A stretch of DNA of 64,000 bases from Pelagomonas calceolata (taxonomy: Eukaryota): the NCBI GenBank assembly GCA_918797485.1, contig CAKKNE010000002.1, positions 5,022,001 through 5,086,000 of the forward strand, given 5' to 3'. The notes under the pieces were generated by a model. The model saw nothing but the letters and a program-made list of their open reading frames with translations, ran no database searches and was not told the DNA's origin. Positions 55,324 to 64,000 of the stretch are shown here, one piece after another; position 1 is the stretch's first letter, and the number at the start of each line of letters is the position of its first letter. The position numbers and the translations under genes are program-made.

Positions 55324-55758
55324 GGTCTTTTTGCCTATGGGTCTTTTTGCCTATGTGCTGTTTTGGCTGCCCAATGCCCACACGGCGCAACCTCGGGCCG
55401 GGGCAGCGAGAGCTTGATAATACGTGTGGATTCGGGCGTTTGCCTGCCCTCGCGCGTGTCTTTCGCGCGCGCCTCGCACAGTGCCTCGGTCTGGGCCAAG
55501 CCCGTTGGCGTATGCTCGGGACCGCTCCCCGAGGGTTCGCGACGGCCAGGGACGACTCCAATGAGTCCCATGGGCCGTGCATAGGCCCAACCCGATGAGG
55601 TGTGGGTAATGAACGGGCATAGGACCGGAGCAACGCCCGTCTGAGAGGCTGGGAGCCGCCGCGGAGCAGCCCCGCAGCCTAAGGAATCGCGCACCTGCAG
55701 CCCGCGCCGCACCGAAGCACGCCCTACCACCGGAGGCCACCACACCCATCACTGAATC

Positions 55759-57846
55759 ATGGGCCGCGGCGGCCTACGCCTAGGCAAGCAGGCGAGAGCT
55801 GTACCGCCGACGCGGAAGCCCAGAGCGGCGGATAAAGTCGACCGATTGATCCAGGAGGGTTTGCGGAGGGCCTCGCGCCTCGCCGACGACGCCGTCGGCA
55901 CGCGCGCGAAAACAAGAGGCACGCGGAAATTGTGGAGGCCCTACGATCCCGGGAACAAGCGCGTCGTGACGACGCAGGACGCGCGCAAGGCACTGAGGAG
56001 CGTCGGCGTCGATGTGTCGCTCGAAGAGTTGAAAAGTGTCACTGGTGGTGGGGAATTGGTGAAATACGATGCTCTTCGAAGGGCGCCGTCGCCCCAGAAG
56101 CAACGGAGGGGGCGGACCACGCAGCGTACTTACGGGAGGAGGCACGCGGAAGACGCGGAGCGAAGGCTTGTGTCTAGGATGGCGTCGTCGTCGGAGGTGG
56201 CGCCGCTCAGGGTAGCTTTACGTAGGAGAGACATGCACCGGTCGGGGCACCTCGCGCCCAGGGACTTCGTCCGAGCTATCCAAGCCCACTACGGCGCGGA
56301 AACGTTGGAGCAAGACGAGGCGAACGCGCTGTGTGCCGAGTACGGCCCCTCTTCACAAACAGAGGGCGTCGCCGATGCCCCGGGCAAGAACCACACGGAG
56401 GACTCGGACGCCGTGAAGGCGACGCTCCACCATAATGACGAGCGCGTGTCGTCGCAGCACTTCCGGGCGACGCACGCGGCCGTGGACTACGAGCGCTTCC
56501 TTGATCGGATTGAGAGCCAGGCCGACTCGAAGAATGCGGTCCAGGCCGCCCAGCGGGCGATGATCACGCCCGCGCCGCCGGACCACCCGCCTCCAGTCGA
56601 CGAGCCGCCCTACGCGCGGCCCGACGACCACTCGGCCATTTCCCTGCGGGAGCCGCCGTCACCTTCTGGTCCAGACGTCATGGAGACGGCCGCCGGGCGC
56701 CGGGCGGTCCGCGAGGTCGCTAGGGTGCTTGATGACGAGACGGTGCGCGAGCGGTGGTTGCGGGACTGCAAGGGGCCCGTGGAGACGGTCGACGCGGCTC
56801 GTGTTATGTTGCAGTCGTGCGGCGCGCGCTTGACGGCGACGGAGGCCGACGCCGCGGTCGCTTTGGGAGTTATTGATGGAGAGTTCTGCGGGAGAAGATT
56901 AGCGAGGCGGTGCATGGCCGCGGCCGACCGCGTCCAACCGAGCCGAAGTGATGCGCCCCGGTCGCGGGCGGAGCGACATGAAAGACTTGCCCTTGAAAGG
57001 GCGGCCCAGGCCGTCGCGCGCGCGTCGGGCTGCTTGGACGCAAGGGCTAGAAGGGAGGCGTCGGAGCGCATCGCGCGGGCGTCCGGGTCGAGCGATCTTC
57101 CCGTGCCGTCTCCCAAAAAAGTCGCCTTCGCGCTGCGCCAGCACCACGTCCTGAGTGATGCGGACGCCGACGCTCTGGCTCTTGCCGCGGCGAAGCGCGC
57201 GCAGACGGTGCCGCTCGCCGAAGCTTTGCACGCCGTGCTTTTTAGAGGAAAGGACGCGGCCGTGTCCGAGGCGGATCCGAAACCCCAAGGGCCGCGCGCG
57301 GTCCTGCCTCTGAATGCGGACGACGCCGCCCCCACCACCATCATCTCGCTGGCGCGGGCGCCCGCGGCCAGCGCTCTGACCGTGCGGCCCGAGCACCGCG
57401 CCGCCGAGGCGAACATCGCCGCGGCTTTAGAACGGCTCGCGAACGCCCCCTGCCCGACGTTTTTCAGTAGGACGGAGCCGTGTCCCAGAGCGATCAGGAA
57501 GGGCTTTGGGCAGTGCCGCCAGCGCGATTCCGTCATCTGGTGCCTCGACGCGCCGTCTGTGGAAACGTACGTCGAGCCGCTCTACCCGGCCGGGTTAGAT
57601 GTTAGCGGCCAGGTGCGTTTCAATAGAGGCTTGGGGCGCAAGCGCCGCTCGCGGTCCGAGCCGCCGCGCCGCTTCTCGACGACGTACGGCGACATGGTGG
57701 CGCCTCCACAACCTCTTGACGCGCCCGCGGGCCAGGTTCAGGCCTTGCCGCCGCCGCCGCCGGCCCGGCCGCCGCGGCCGCCGCGCCGCCGGAGCAAGTC
57801 CTGCGCGCCTCCCAAGCCGATCGGGGTGGTGCTCGGGCTCTGTTGA
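55759..57846 (+). CDS. Hypothetical protein with degenerate EF-hand-like repeats
   Basis: 695-aa ORF with YDPGNKRVVT, DMHRSGHLAPRDF and VDYERFL. Confidence 0.65.
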   Translation: MGRGGLRLGKQARAVPPTRKPRAADKVDRLIQEGLRRASRLADDAVGTRAKTRGTRKLWRPYDPGNKRVVTTQDARKALRSVGVDVSLEELKSVTGGGELVKYDALRRAPSPQKQRRGRTTQRTYGRRHAEDAERRLVSRMASSSEVAPLRVALRRRDMHRSGHLAPRDFVRAIQAHYGAETLEQDEANALCAEYGPSSQTEGVADAPGKNHTEDSDAVKATLHHNDERVSSQHFRATHAAVDYERFLDRIESQADSKNAVQAAQRAMITPAPPDHPPPVDEPPYARPDDHSAISLREPPSPSGPDVMETAAGRRAVREVARVLDDETVRERWLRDCKGPVETVDAARVMLQSCGARLTATEADAAVALGVIDGEFCGRRLARRCMAAADRVQPSRSDAPRSRAERHERLALERAAQAVARASGCLDARARREASERIARASGSSDLPVPSPKKVAFALRQHHVLSDADADALALAAAKRAQTVPLAEALHAVLFRGKDAAVSEADPKPQGPRAVLPLNADDAAPTTIISLARAPAASALTVRPEHRAAEANIAAALERLANAPCPTFFSRTEPCPRAIRKGFGQCRQRDSVIWCLDAPSVETYVEPLYPAGLDVSGQVRFNRGLGRKRRSRSEPPRRFSTTYGDMVAPPQPLDAPAGQVQALPPPPPARPPRPPRRRSKSCAPPKPIGVVLGLC

Positions 57847-58139
57847 CGTCCTTTTCCCCCTTTCCCCCGATCTAATCTTCCGGTCTACTGGCTCTCTACG
57901 AACGGCGACGTATTGCCACTGTCTGATGAGTTCAACGGCCCAGGGTCCTGTAGAGCGTCTTCTCGCACTGAACCGGGCCTTAGAACGGTCTGAGACTCGC
58001 TCAGACACCTCTGGTTTGCCCTAGACACAGCAAGTCTCTAGCATCGGCAGCGCTGCCGATTTGCCCGGAATTCGCGCTCGCCAAGGCGCCACGCCGGGTC
58101 AGCGCCTAAGCAGAGCCCGGCAAAGTCTTCTATTTTCCA

Positions 58140-59333
58140 ATGGCTTTCAGAATTTTAGCGCTCGCGCTGGCTGCAAGGAGCGCCTGCGCATTGAAACCGC
58201 CACGAGGGCTCAAATTGAAGTTGCCGACGACTCCCAGAAGAGTTGCGACCCTCGAACCACCGCCTGCAGTCGACACTGAGCCGCGCATCGACCTGCGCGA
58301 GGCCTCGCCGCTGACAGTTGACGCGGCGTGGTTGACGACGACGCGGCAACTAGGAACCACCGATGCCACGCCGACGATGCGCCAGCTCGACGAAAGCAAC
58401 GAGACGCCAACCCACTGGCGCCGCGCCGCCCGCGTCCAGCGCTCAATGATGCGCTTCGCACCCTTAGCGCTCGTCGGCGCATTGCTCACAATCCCGAAGA
58501 CGCTGGACGCCGGCGTATCCACTCTATGGTCCAAGCTTTATGGGAGCTGGTGGGCGCACGCCCCCATGTTCGAGGCCTGGACCGCTACCTTAGGTTTCGT
58601 CGGCGCCATCGCGTTCTGGAGTTCCATCCACGTCTTATTTTTCAGAGACAGGAGGCGAGCCTCGGAGTTCCGCTTCGACAAGCAACCCCCGGTCGCGCCC
58701 TTTGAATGGTTGGGCCAGCTCGGCGGGAAACGGCTCTGGGGCGCGTACTTACCCCTCGTGGCTTACGTCGGCTCTATAAAATTATTCCACTGCGTCGTGA
58801 CGAAGGCGCCTTTACCCATAGCGCCGCCGACGGCATTACGGGTGCTCCTCGAAGTTACTTGTGGCGTGTACTTGTATGACGCGCTCTTCGCCCCCATCCA
58901 CGCGTCGATGCACCGCCGGGGCTCGCCGGCCTGGTGGCGTAGACTGCACAGGACGCACCACGAAGCTAGGCCGACTCAGAGAAGAGGCAAGGCCCTCGTG
59001 CCTTTGGAAACAGTGCAGCATTCGTACGCGGACGGCGCGTTACAAGTGGCCTGCAACGTCCTCGTGCAGCGGGCGCCGTCGATCATATGGGTCGGCTCTG
59101 GCTTCGCGCTCGCACCGAAGCACCCGCTGTCGCGCGTGCTCCACAATTTGGTCGTCACCTATTTGTTGGCTGAGGCTCATTCCGGCTACGACCTGCCCTG
59201 GATGACGCACCGGGCCTGGCCGCGCGTCTTCGGGGGCGCGAAGGCCCACGACGCGCACCACGTCCAGGGCGACCGCCACTTCCACCAGTTCTTCCACTCG
59301 TCCCGGCCATGGGCTCGGGCGCCGGCCTACTAA
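58140..59333 (+). CDS. Fatty acid hydroxylase/sterol desaturase superfamily protein
   Basis: His boxes HASMH, HRTHH, EAHSGY, HDAHH; N-terminal signal. Confidence 0.85.
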   Translation: MAFRILALALAARSACALKPPRGLKLKLPTTPRRVATLEPPPAVDTEPRIDLREASPLTVDAAWLTTTRQLGTTDATPTMRQLDESNETPTHWRRAARVQRSMMRFAPLALVGALLTIPKTLDAGVSTLWSKLYGSWWAHAPMFEAWTATLGFVGAIAFWSSIHVLFFRDRRRASEFRFDKQPPVAPFEWLGQLGGKRLWGAYLPLVAYVGSIKLFHCVVTKAPLPIAPPTALRVLLEVTCGVYLYDALFAPIHASMHRRGSPAWWRRLHRTHHEARPTQRRGKALVPLETVQHSYADGALQVACNVLVQRAPSIIWVGSGFALAPKHPLSRVLHNLVVTYLLAEAHSGYDLPWMTHRAWPRVFGGAKAHDAHHVQGDRHFHQFFHSSRPWARAPAY

Positions 59334-59634
59334 CTCTCCTGTTTTAACTACTCACGAAGCGCTGGCGGATTTCTGTTGTTACCGTGTGCGCAGAGTTGTG
59401 TCCGCACGTGCGTGCGGGGCGATCTGGAAATTGCCAGGATTAAATTTTGGTGAAAAAAGCATTGCTGCCCCTGCGTCTCCCGCGCTCACCAAGCAACACA
59501 CGCGTCGCCAGTAAGCCACCTGCCAGCTGTCCTCGCGTTTTCACGCGCGGCTGCCACATAAATTCCACAAGGAGCCCGTTTGCCGCTGCCCCTGCCCACG
59601 GACTGCCCCATCGACCTCACGATCAATAGCAACC

Positions 59635-60315
59635 ATGGGAGGCCCATCATTCGGTACAAACAAGCACATGAACCTGGCCGTGCCCCTGGCCGAGGCCCAG
59701 TTCCAGCCCTTCGCGCCGGCGCCGAACAGCTGCACGTTCTGTTTTTGTCCTGATGCGGCGCGCGAACGCATGTACATCCACGCGCACGACAACCGACTGC
59801 AGTACAACCTGCCGTGCGCGCCGCTGCTCTGCTTCACTCAAGAAATCTGCGTCCAGGACGACGCGCGCGTCCTGTACTACGACAAGCCGCCCTTCCGCTC
59901 GGGCCCGGCGCCCTTCCCGTGCTGCTGCCTGCCGTTCACGTGCTGCGGCCCGCCCGTGATCTACTCGAAGACGCCGAAGTGTCTTTGTATTGACTGTTCG
60001 CCGTGGTTCGGCGAAACTCTCAACATCGCGCCCTGCAACTGCTACCGCCTGCGGACGTGCCTCTGCTTCGGCGCGCCGTGCTACGACTCCTGCGGCGTGC
60101 CCTACTTCGTCGGCCTCAAGAACGCCGCGGAGTTCTCGAAGGGCCTCAAGGCGGCCTACGACGACAACTTCCGCACCGGCGTCGGCTTCGACATCAACCA
60201 GAAGGAACTCGCCACGTTCGAGCACATGGACGACGAGATCATGCTCGGCGTGCTGGCGGACAAGAACCGGAAGGCCGACGGCGCTCCATCAAATGTCGAG
60301 CTCATGGCGCGCTAG
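59635..60315 (+). CDS. Cys-rich hypothetical protein
   Basis: 226-aa ORF with strong GC3 bias. Confidence 0.7.
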   Translation: MGGPSFGTNKHMNLAVPLAEAQFQPFAPAPNSCTFCFCPDAARERMYIHAHDNRLQYNLPCAPLLCFTQEICVQDDARVLYYDKPPFRSGPAPFPCCCLPFTCCGPPVIYSKTPKCLCIDCSPWFGETLNIAPCNCYRLRTCLCFGAPCYDSCGVPYFVGLKNAAEFSKGLKAAYDDNFRTGVGFDINQKELATFEHMDDEIMLGVLADKNRKADGAPSNVELMAR

Positions 60316-60380
60316 AAAGACGCCCTACCTCGGTAAGATACCAGATATTCAATTTATTCCCGCAGGCTCGTCGCGAGGAC

Positions 60381-61007
60381 CTACGCGTTATTGCCGCGCC
60401 CGCGGGGCTTGCCCTTTCGGGGCCGCCCCGGCGCGCGGCCCGCCGGCGCCGCGCCGCCGCCCCGCGCCGCGAGCCGCGGCGAGCAGAAGCAGAAGAGGCA
60501 GCAGAGAATAATCACCAGCGCGGTCCCGGGCGCGAACCAGATCCAGTGGTCCTCGATATAATGGACGGGATCCGCGACCAAAAACTCGAGCGACCCCATC
60601 CAGCCGAAGCCGGCCAGCGTCGACTCGTCGTCGTCGTCGTTGTCGTACTCCTCGTAATCGTCGTCGTCATCATCATTACTCCCGTGGTCGTTGTCGTCGT
60701 CGTCATCATCATCGTCGTCGTTGCTCTCGTAGAGCCCCTGCTGCGCCTTGAACGAGTGCGGCGTCTTGAGGAAGGGGTCGACGAGCGACTGACGGTTCAA
60801 GGTCGGCGCGGCGCCCGACGCGGCGAGGGGCCGCCGCATCTTCTTAATATCTAAAGCAGGCGCGGCGACCATGAGCGCCGCGGCGGCCGCCGTCGCGAGG
60901 ACGCCGGTCCTTAATCTCCGCCGCCGCCTGCCGCCCGCCAGCGGTGTCGCTTCGTCAGGTACGGCCATCAGCGGCGTCGTGGCCTCCTCGTCGTCCTGCT
61001 CGATCAT
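60381..61007 (-). CDS. Two-TM hypothetical protein with an Asp-rich loop
   Basis: Two hydrophobic helices flanking poly-Asp. Confidence 0.65.
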   Translation of the reverse strand: MIEQDDEEATTPLMAVPDEATPLAGGRRRRRLRTGVLATAAAAALMVAAPALDIKKMRRPLAASGAAPTLNRQSLVDPFLKTPHSFKAQQGLYESNDDDDDDDDDNDHGSNDDDDDDYEEYDNDDDDESTLAGFGWMGSLEFLVADPVHYIEDHWIWFAPGTALVIILCCLFCFCSPRLAARGGGAAPAGRAPGRPRKGKPRGRGNNA

Positions 61008-61276
61008 TTTTGTTGTGGGTGCTGCCCGGGTAGCCCTGCGCGCGTTTTGCGGCAGCCCTTTTTGCTTGGTCTCGCGAGGCTCGTCCTTGGAATATATCTA
61101 TTTCTACCGGCTCGCTGCGGATGGACGCGCTCCGTTTCGCCGCAGGGACAGCTCACCGGACTGGTCTGGGTGCGTTGCCCGGCGCGCCCGCTCGAAAATC
61201 TACGACGCGCGCGACCGCGGTCCTCGGGGCTCACTCCACGAGCGGTCCGGTGGGGCTTATGTACAAGTCTTAACTA

Positions 61277-62386
61277 CTACAGAGCTCCCGCCCGCAAGAA
61301 GACGCTTGCGACGGCGAGCGCCACGACCGCTGCGACGGCCGCCGAGAGCGCCGCGACGGCTGCAACGGGTCCGAAGGGCACACCCGATGAGCTCGGCGCG
61401 GCCGCGTCCTCCCAGACGACCCGCCACTTGATGCCGCGCTTGTCCAGGGCAATGGCCTGCGTCCTCCTCATGAGCTCGTGGACCGCGTCGATCTCCTTCC
61501 GGAAGATCGACACCGACTCGACGCTCACGCCAAGAGGCACGCCGCAGTCCTGCGTCTCATCTAAAATCTTCTCGAGCGTCTCGCAGAGCAGCGCCACGGA
61601 CTCGTCGACGGGCGACTCCGCGTCGAGGATGCGCCGCTCGGCCTCTTCCGGCACGCGTATCCCCAACCATTTGAGGAAGGTCATCGTTTTTGCGCGGCCA
61701 CAGGGAGCAAACGTCAATACGACCTTGCAAGGCGTCAGGCCAGCCGCGCGGCAGGCATCCCCATAATCCCGCAGGAGGCGGATCGTCGGCGCCGGATCAT
61801 ATACTGCTTGCGACACGAACCACTCGGCACCGGCCTGCTGCTTGCGCAGCATGTTGAGGTGCTCGCCCGGCGCGGCCTTGCCCCTTTGTGAAGCGTACTC
61901 GTCCGTATGGCGTTCCGGGATGCACACGCAACCAAACGACACGCCGGACGTCTTCTCCACCAGAGCCATGGCCTCTTTGGTGGTCGGCCCCTTCGCCGGG
62001 CCGTCGGCCGACGGCCTCCCGACCACATTGAGGCACCGGTGGCCGTGGACGGCTCGAGCTTTTCTTATCCAATTCTCGAACTCCGCGTCGTTGACGCACT
62101 TGTAGACGAGGCACTCCTTGCCGCTCGCCGCGCGGACCTCGGCCGCGTACGACGCGCTGTCCATGAGCTGGCGGAACGGGTACGGCCGCTCGGCGCCGCT
62201 GCGCGACGGCTCGTCCTGGATGTCATACACAATAAAACCGTCCGACGCTAACACTCTAGATCGCGCCACGAATTTCGCAGCGATCGTCCGCGCGGCGTCC
62301 GGCGTCGTGCTGTCCAGGGGCGGCGTGAGGCCGTGCAGGAAGGTCGGCCGCGAGGGGTCCTTGAGGGAGGCCTCCAACGAAGACAT
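61277..62386 (-). CDS. Methylenetetrahydrofolate reductase-like (bacterial-type) protein with a C-terminal TM anchor
   Basis: GLTPP, DGFIVYDIQDE, ERPYPF, GCVCIPERH, KQQAGAEWFVSQAVYD, TFAPCG, FLKWLG. Confidence 0.75.
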   Translation of the reverse strand: MSSLEASLKDPSRPTFLHGLTPPLDSTTPDAARTIAAKFVARSRVLASDGFIVYDIQDEPSRSGAERPYPFRQLMDSASYAAEVRAASGKECLVYKCVNDAEFENWIRKARAVHGHRCLNVVGRPSADGPAKGPTTKEAMALVEKTSGVSFGCVCIPERHTDEYASQRGKAAPGEHLNMLRKQQAGAEWFVSQAVYDPAPTIRLLRDYGDACRAAGLTPCKVVLTFAPCGRAKTMTFLKWLGIRVPEEAERRILDAESPVDESVALLCETLEKILDETQDCGVPLGVSVESVSIFRKEIDAVHELMRRTQAIALDKRGIKWRVVWEDAAAPSSSGVPFGPVAAVAALSAAVAAVVALAVASVFLRAGAL

Positions 62387-62462
62387 GCTGAGAGCTTCCG
62401 AAACGTCTCTTCGATGGCAAAAGCACCGCTGCGACTGCTTGCAGCGTGTTGGCTTGCTTTTG

Positions 62463-62489
62463 TTGCTAGTATGTCGATACGCTAGCTCC
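62463..62489 (+). promoter_or_regulatory. Variant intergenic motif; left arm of an inverted repeat around the OTU gene
   Basis: TTGCTAGTATGTCGATACGCTAGCTCC. Confidence 0.55.
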
Positions 62490-62620
62490 TCTGCTCTCAG
62501 TCCCTCAACGCCGCCAGCGCCGCCTCAGAGCCGAAGCAGAGTAAGCGAAGCATACCGGAAACACCACTGCCGTCCACCGCACGCTGCCGTCCACCGCACG
62601 CCGGCGGGCAGCCCTCAGAC

Positions 62621-63703
62621 ATGGGCAGCCTCCAGCGCTCCAGCAGCCTCGGGAGAGCAGGCGAGAGCAGCCTCCAGACGGCGGCCCGGAAATATCTTGA
62701 GCGAGAGCAGAAGCTCAAGAACTCGCCCTACGGGCGGCCCCTGGTCAAGAGCCGGTCGGACCCCGCTGCCATACGAAAACAGCGCTACTCGACCAGCAGC
62801 TCCGAGATCGGCAGCGGCGTCGCGCGGCAGCAGCAGTCGAAGGCGAAGAAGCACCGGCAGCGCATGGAGGACGAGGCCTTCGCGCGGCAACTCTTGCTGC
62901 GCGAGGGCCTCGAGGAGGACGCAGCTATAAAACGCGACGAGGCGCTCGCGCGCGAGCTCGCGAAGCGCGACATGACGCCGCCCGTATCAAGCGAAGGGCG
63001 CGAGCTGACGCCGCTCGCGCGCGAGCTGGCGAAGCGCGACGGACTGACGCCGCCCCAGGACGCCGGGCGCGAGCTGGCCAAGCGCGACGCGGCTCGGGCC
63101 CTGACGCCGCCCGGGTCCCGGGAGCTGACGCCGCCCCGAGCTTCAGACAAAGCGCTGAGCCTCGCGCGACGAGCAGATGTATTAAGGCCCAAGTCGGCGC
63201 GGCGGCGGACGCGGACGCCGTCGCCGCCGCCGGAAAAACTCAGAGACAAGCTTGTGGAGAGATTGCGCGATTTCGGATTACAAGAATTTGATGTCGCCGG
63301 CGACGGCAACTGCCAGTATCGCGCCCTCGCGCACCAGCTCTTTGATAATGTCGAGCTCCACGCGGACGTGCGGCGGACGGTCTGCCGGCAGCTCGCCGCG
63401 GAGGCGGACCGCTACCGCGGCTTCGTCGCGACGGAAGACGACGTGGACTACGAAGCGTGGGTGGCCCGCATGGCGTGCGCGGGCGAGTGGGGCGACCACG
63501 TTACCTTACAAGCTGCCGCCGACGCCTACGGCACGCGCATCTGTCTGGTGACGTCGTATGAGGACCGGGGAATTTTGCGCGTGGAGCCGGCGGAACCAAT
63601 TGAGGGGGAGGAGCCGCGGACGGCGTGGCTCGCCTTCTGGGCCGAGATCCACTACTCGTCCATCGTGCCCATGTGCGAGGCCGTCGCGGAGGCGCCCGGG
63701 TAA
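62621..63703 (+). CDS. OTU-family deubiquitinase
   Basis: GDGNCQYRA, EWGDHVTLQAAAD, WAEIHYSS; internal RELAKRD..TPP repeats. Confidence 0.92.
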   Translation: MGSLQRSSSLGRAGESSLQTAARKYLEREQKLKNSPYGRPLVKSRSDPAAIRKQRYSTSSSEIGSGVARQQQSKAKKHRQRMEDEAFARQLLLREGLEEDAAIKRDEALARELAKRDMTPPVSSEGRELTPLARELAKRDGLTPPQDAGRELAKRDAARALTPPGSRELTPPRASDKALSLARRADVLRPKSARRRTRTPSPPPEKLRDKLVERLRDFGLQEFDVAGDGNCQYRALAHQLFDNVELHADVRRTVCRQLAAEADRYRGFVATEDDVDYEAWVARMACAGEWGDHVTLQAAADAYGTRICLVTSYEDRGILRVEPAEPIEGEEPRTAWLAFWAEIHYSSIVPMCEAVAEAPG

Positions 63704-63771
63704 GTACTGGTCGTTGTTATTCTTTCGTCTTCGCGTCGCGTCGACGGCGTCCTACTCCTGCAAGAAAACTC

Positions 63772-63799
63772 GGAGCTAGCGTAATCGACATACTAGCAA
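63772..63799 (-). promoter_or_regulatory. Variant intergenic motif; right arm of the inverted repeat
   Basis: GGAGCTAGCGTAATCGACATACTAGCAA, the reverse complement of the 62463 copy except for one extra base. Confidence 0.55.
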
Positions 63800-64000
63800 A
63801 TTCAAAGATACGCCTCAATGGCGTCAAACGAATGACCCAAATTCAGAATACATCCTAGTCGTTCGCCGAGACCAAATATTTGAGAGTAGCGGTCCGGGAA
63901 CATACCCTCGCGCCTCCCGGAAGGCACCGCCCGTGACATTCGCGGATGAGTCTTACGAGTTTCCAAAGTACACCAGCGCTTGGCGCCGCCATCTACCATC

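Noticed and set aside
55324..55355. 16-bp tandem duplication GGTCTTTTTGCCTATG
   Set aside because: An isolated slippage-type duplication in a 5'UTR with no further structure.
60622..60725. (TCG/TCA)n microsatellite-like tract
   Set aside because: It simply encodes the poly-Asp loop of the 60381-61007 protein.
62940..63140. Tandem DNA repeats in the OTU gene
   Set aside because: These are in-frame protein repeats (RELAKRD..TPP), not a non-coding array.
1..64000. Numerous overlapping Arg/Ala/Pro-rich ORFs in the six-frame track
   Set aside because: They are shadow ORFs caused by high GC on alternative frames and strands of real genes, with no recognisable motifs.
1..64000. CRISPR arrays, tRNA/rRNA genes, prokaryotic operons
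   Set aside because: No regularly spaced repeats or RNA-gene signatures were seen, and the sequence is eukaryotic and intron-containing.

Overview
Gene-dense, GC-rich eukaryotic nuclear DNA, most likely a pelagophyte alga (Pelagomonas/Aureococcus type). This is inferred from plastid bipartite targeting peptides, an axonemal dynein and introner-type introns. About 35 protein-coding genes lie nearly end to end. Four main observations. (1) A family of short spliceosomal introns that are MITE-like elements, with CTGTGTGGA...TCCACACAG terminal inverted repeats and 8-bp target-site duplications. The 5' splice site comes from the duplicated target and the 3' AG from the element, so splicing is scarless. 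(2) An apparently intact five-exon hAT transposase gene of about 920 aa (29089-32486, minus strand). It itself carries one of these introners and sits amid local rearrangements: a truncated paralog and a tandem duplication. It is a candidate for the enzyme that creates the introns, but matching element ends could not be confirmed. (3) A conserved bipartite intergenic motif, CTAGTGTCTT-N-GCTAGC, found 13 times. In 11 cases it lies in the same orientation upstream of a start codon, making it a candidate core promoter element. (4) Several unusual domain fusions and a head-to-head paralog pair of an unrecognised membrane family. All calls come from reading the sequence; no database searches were run.
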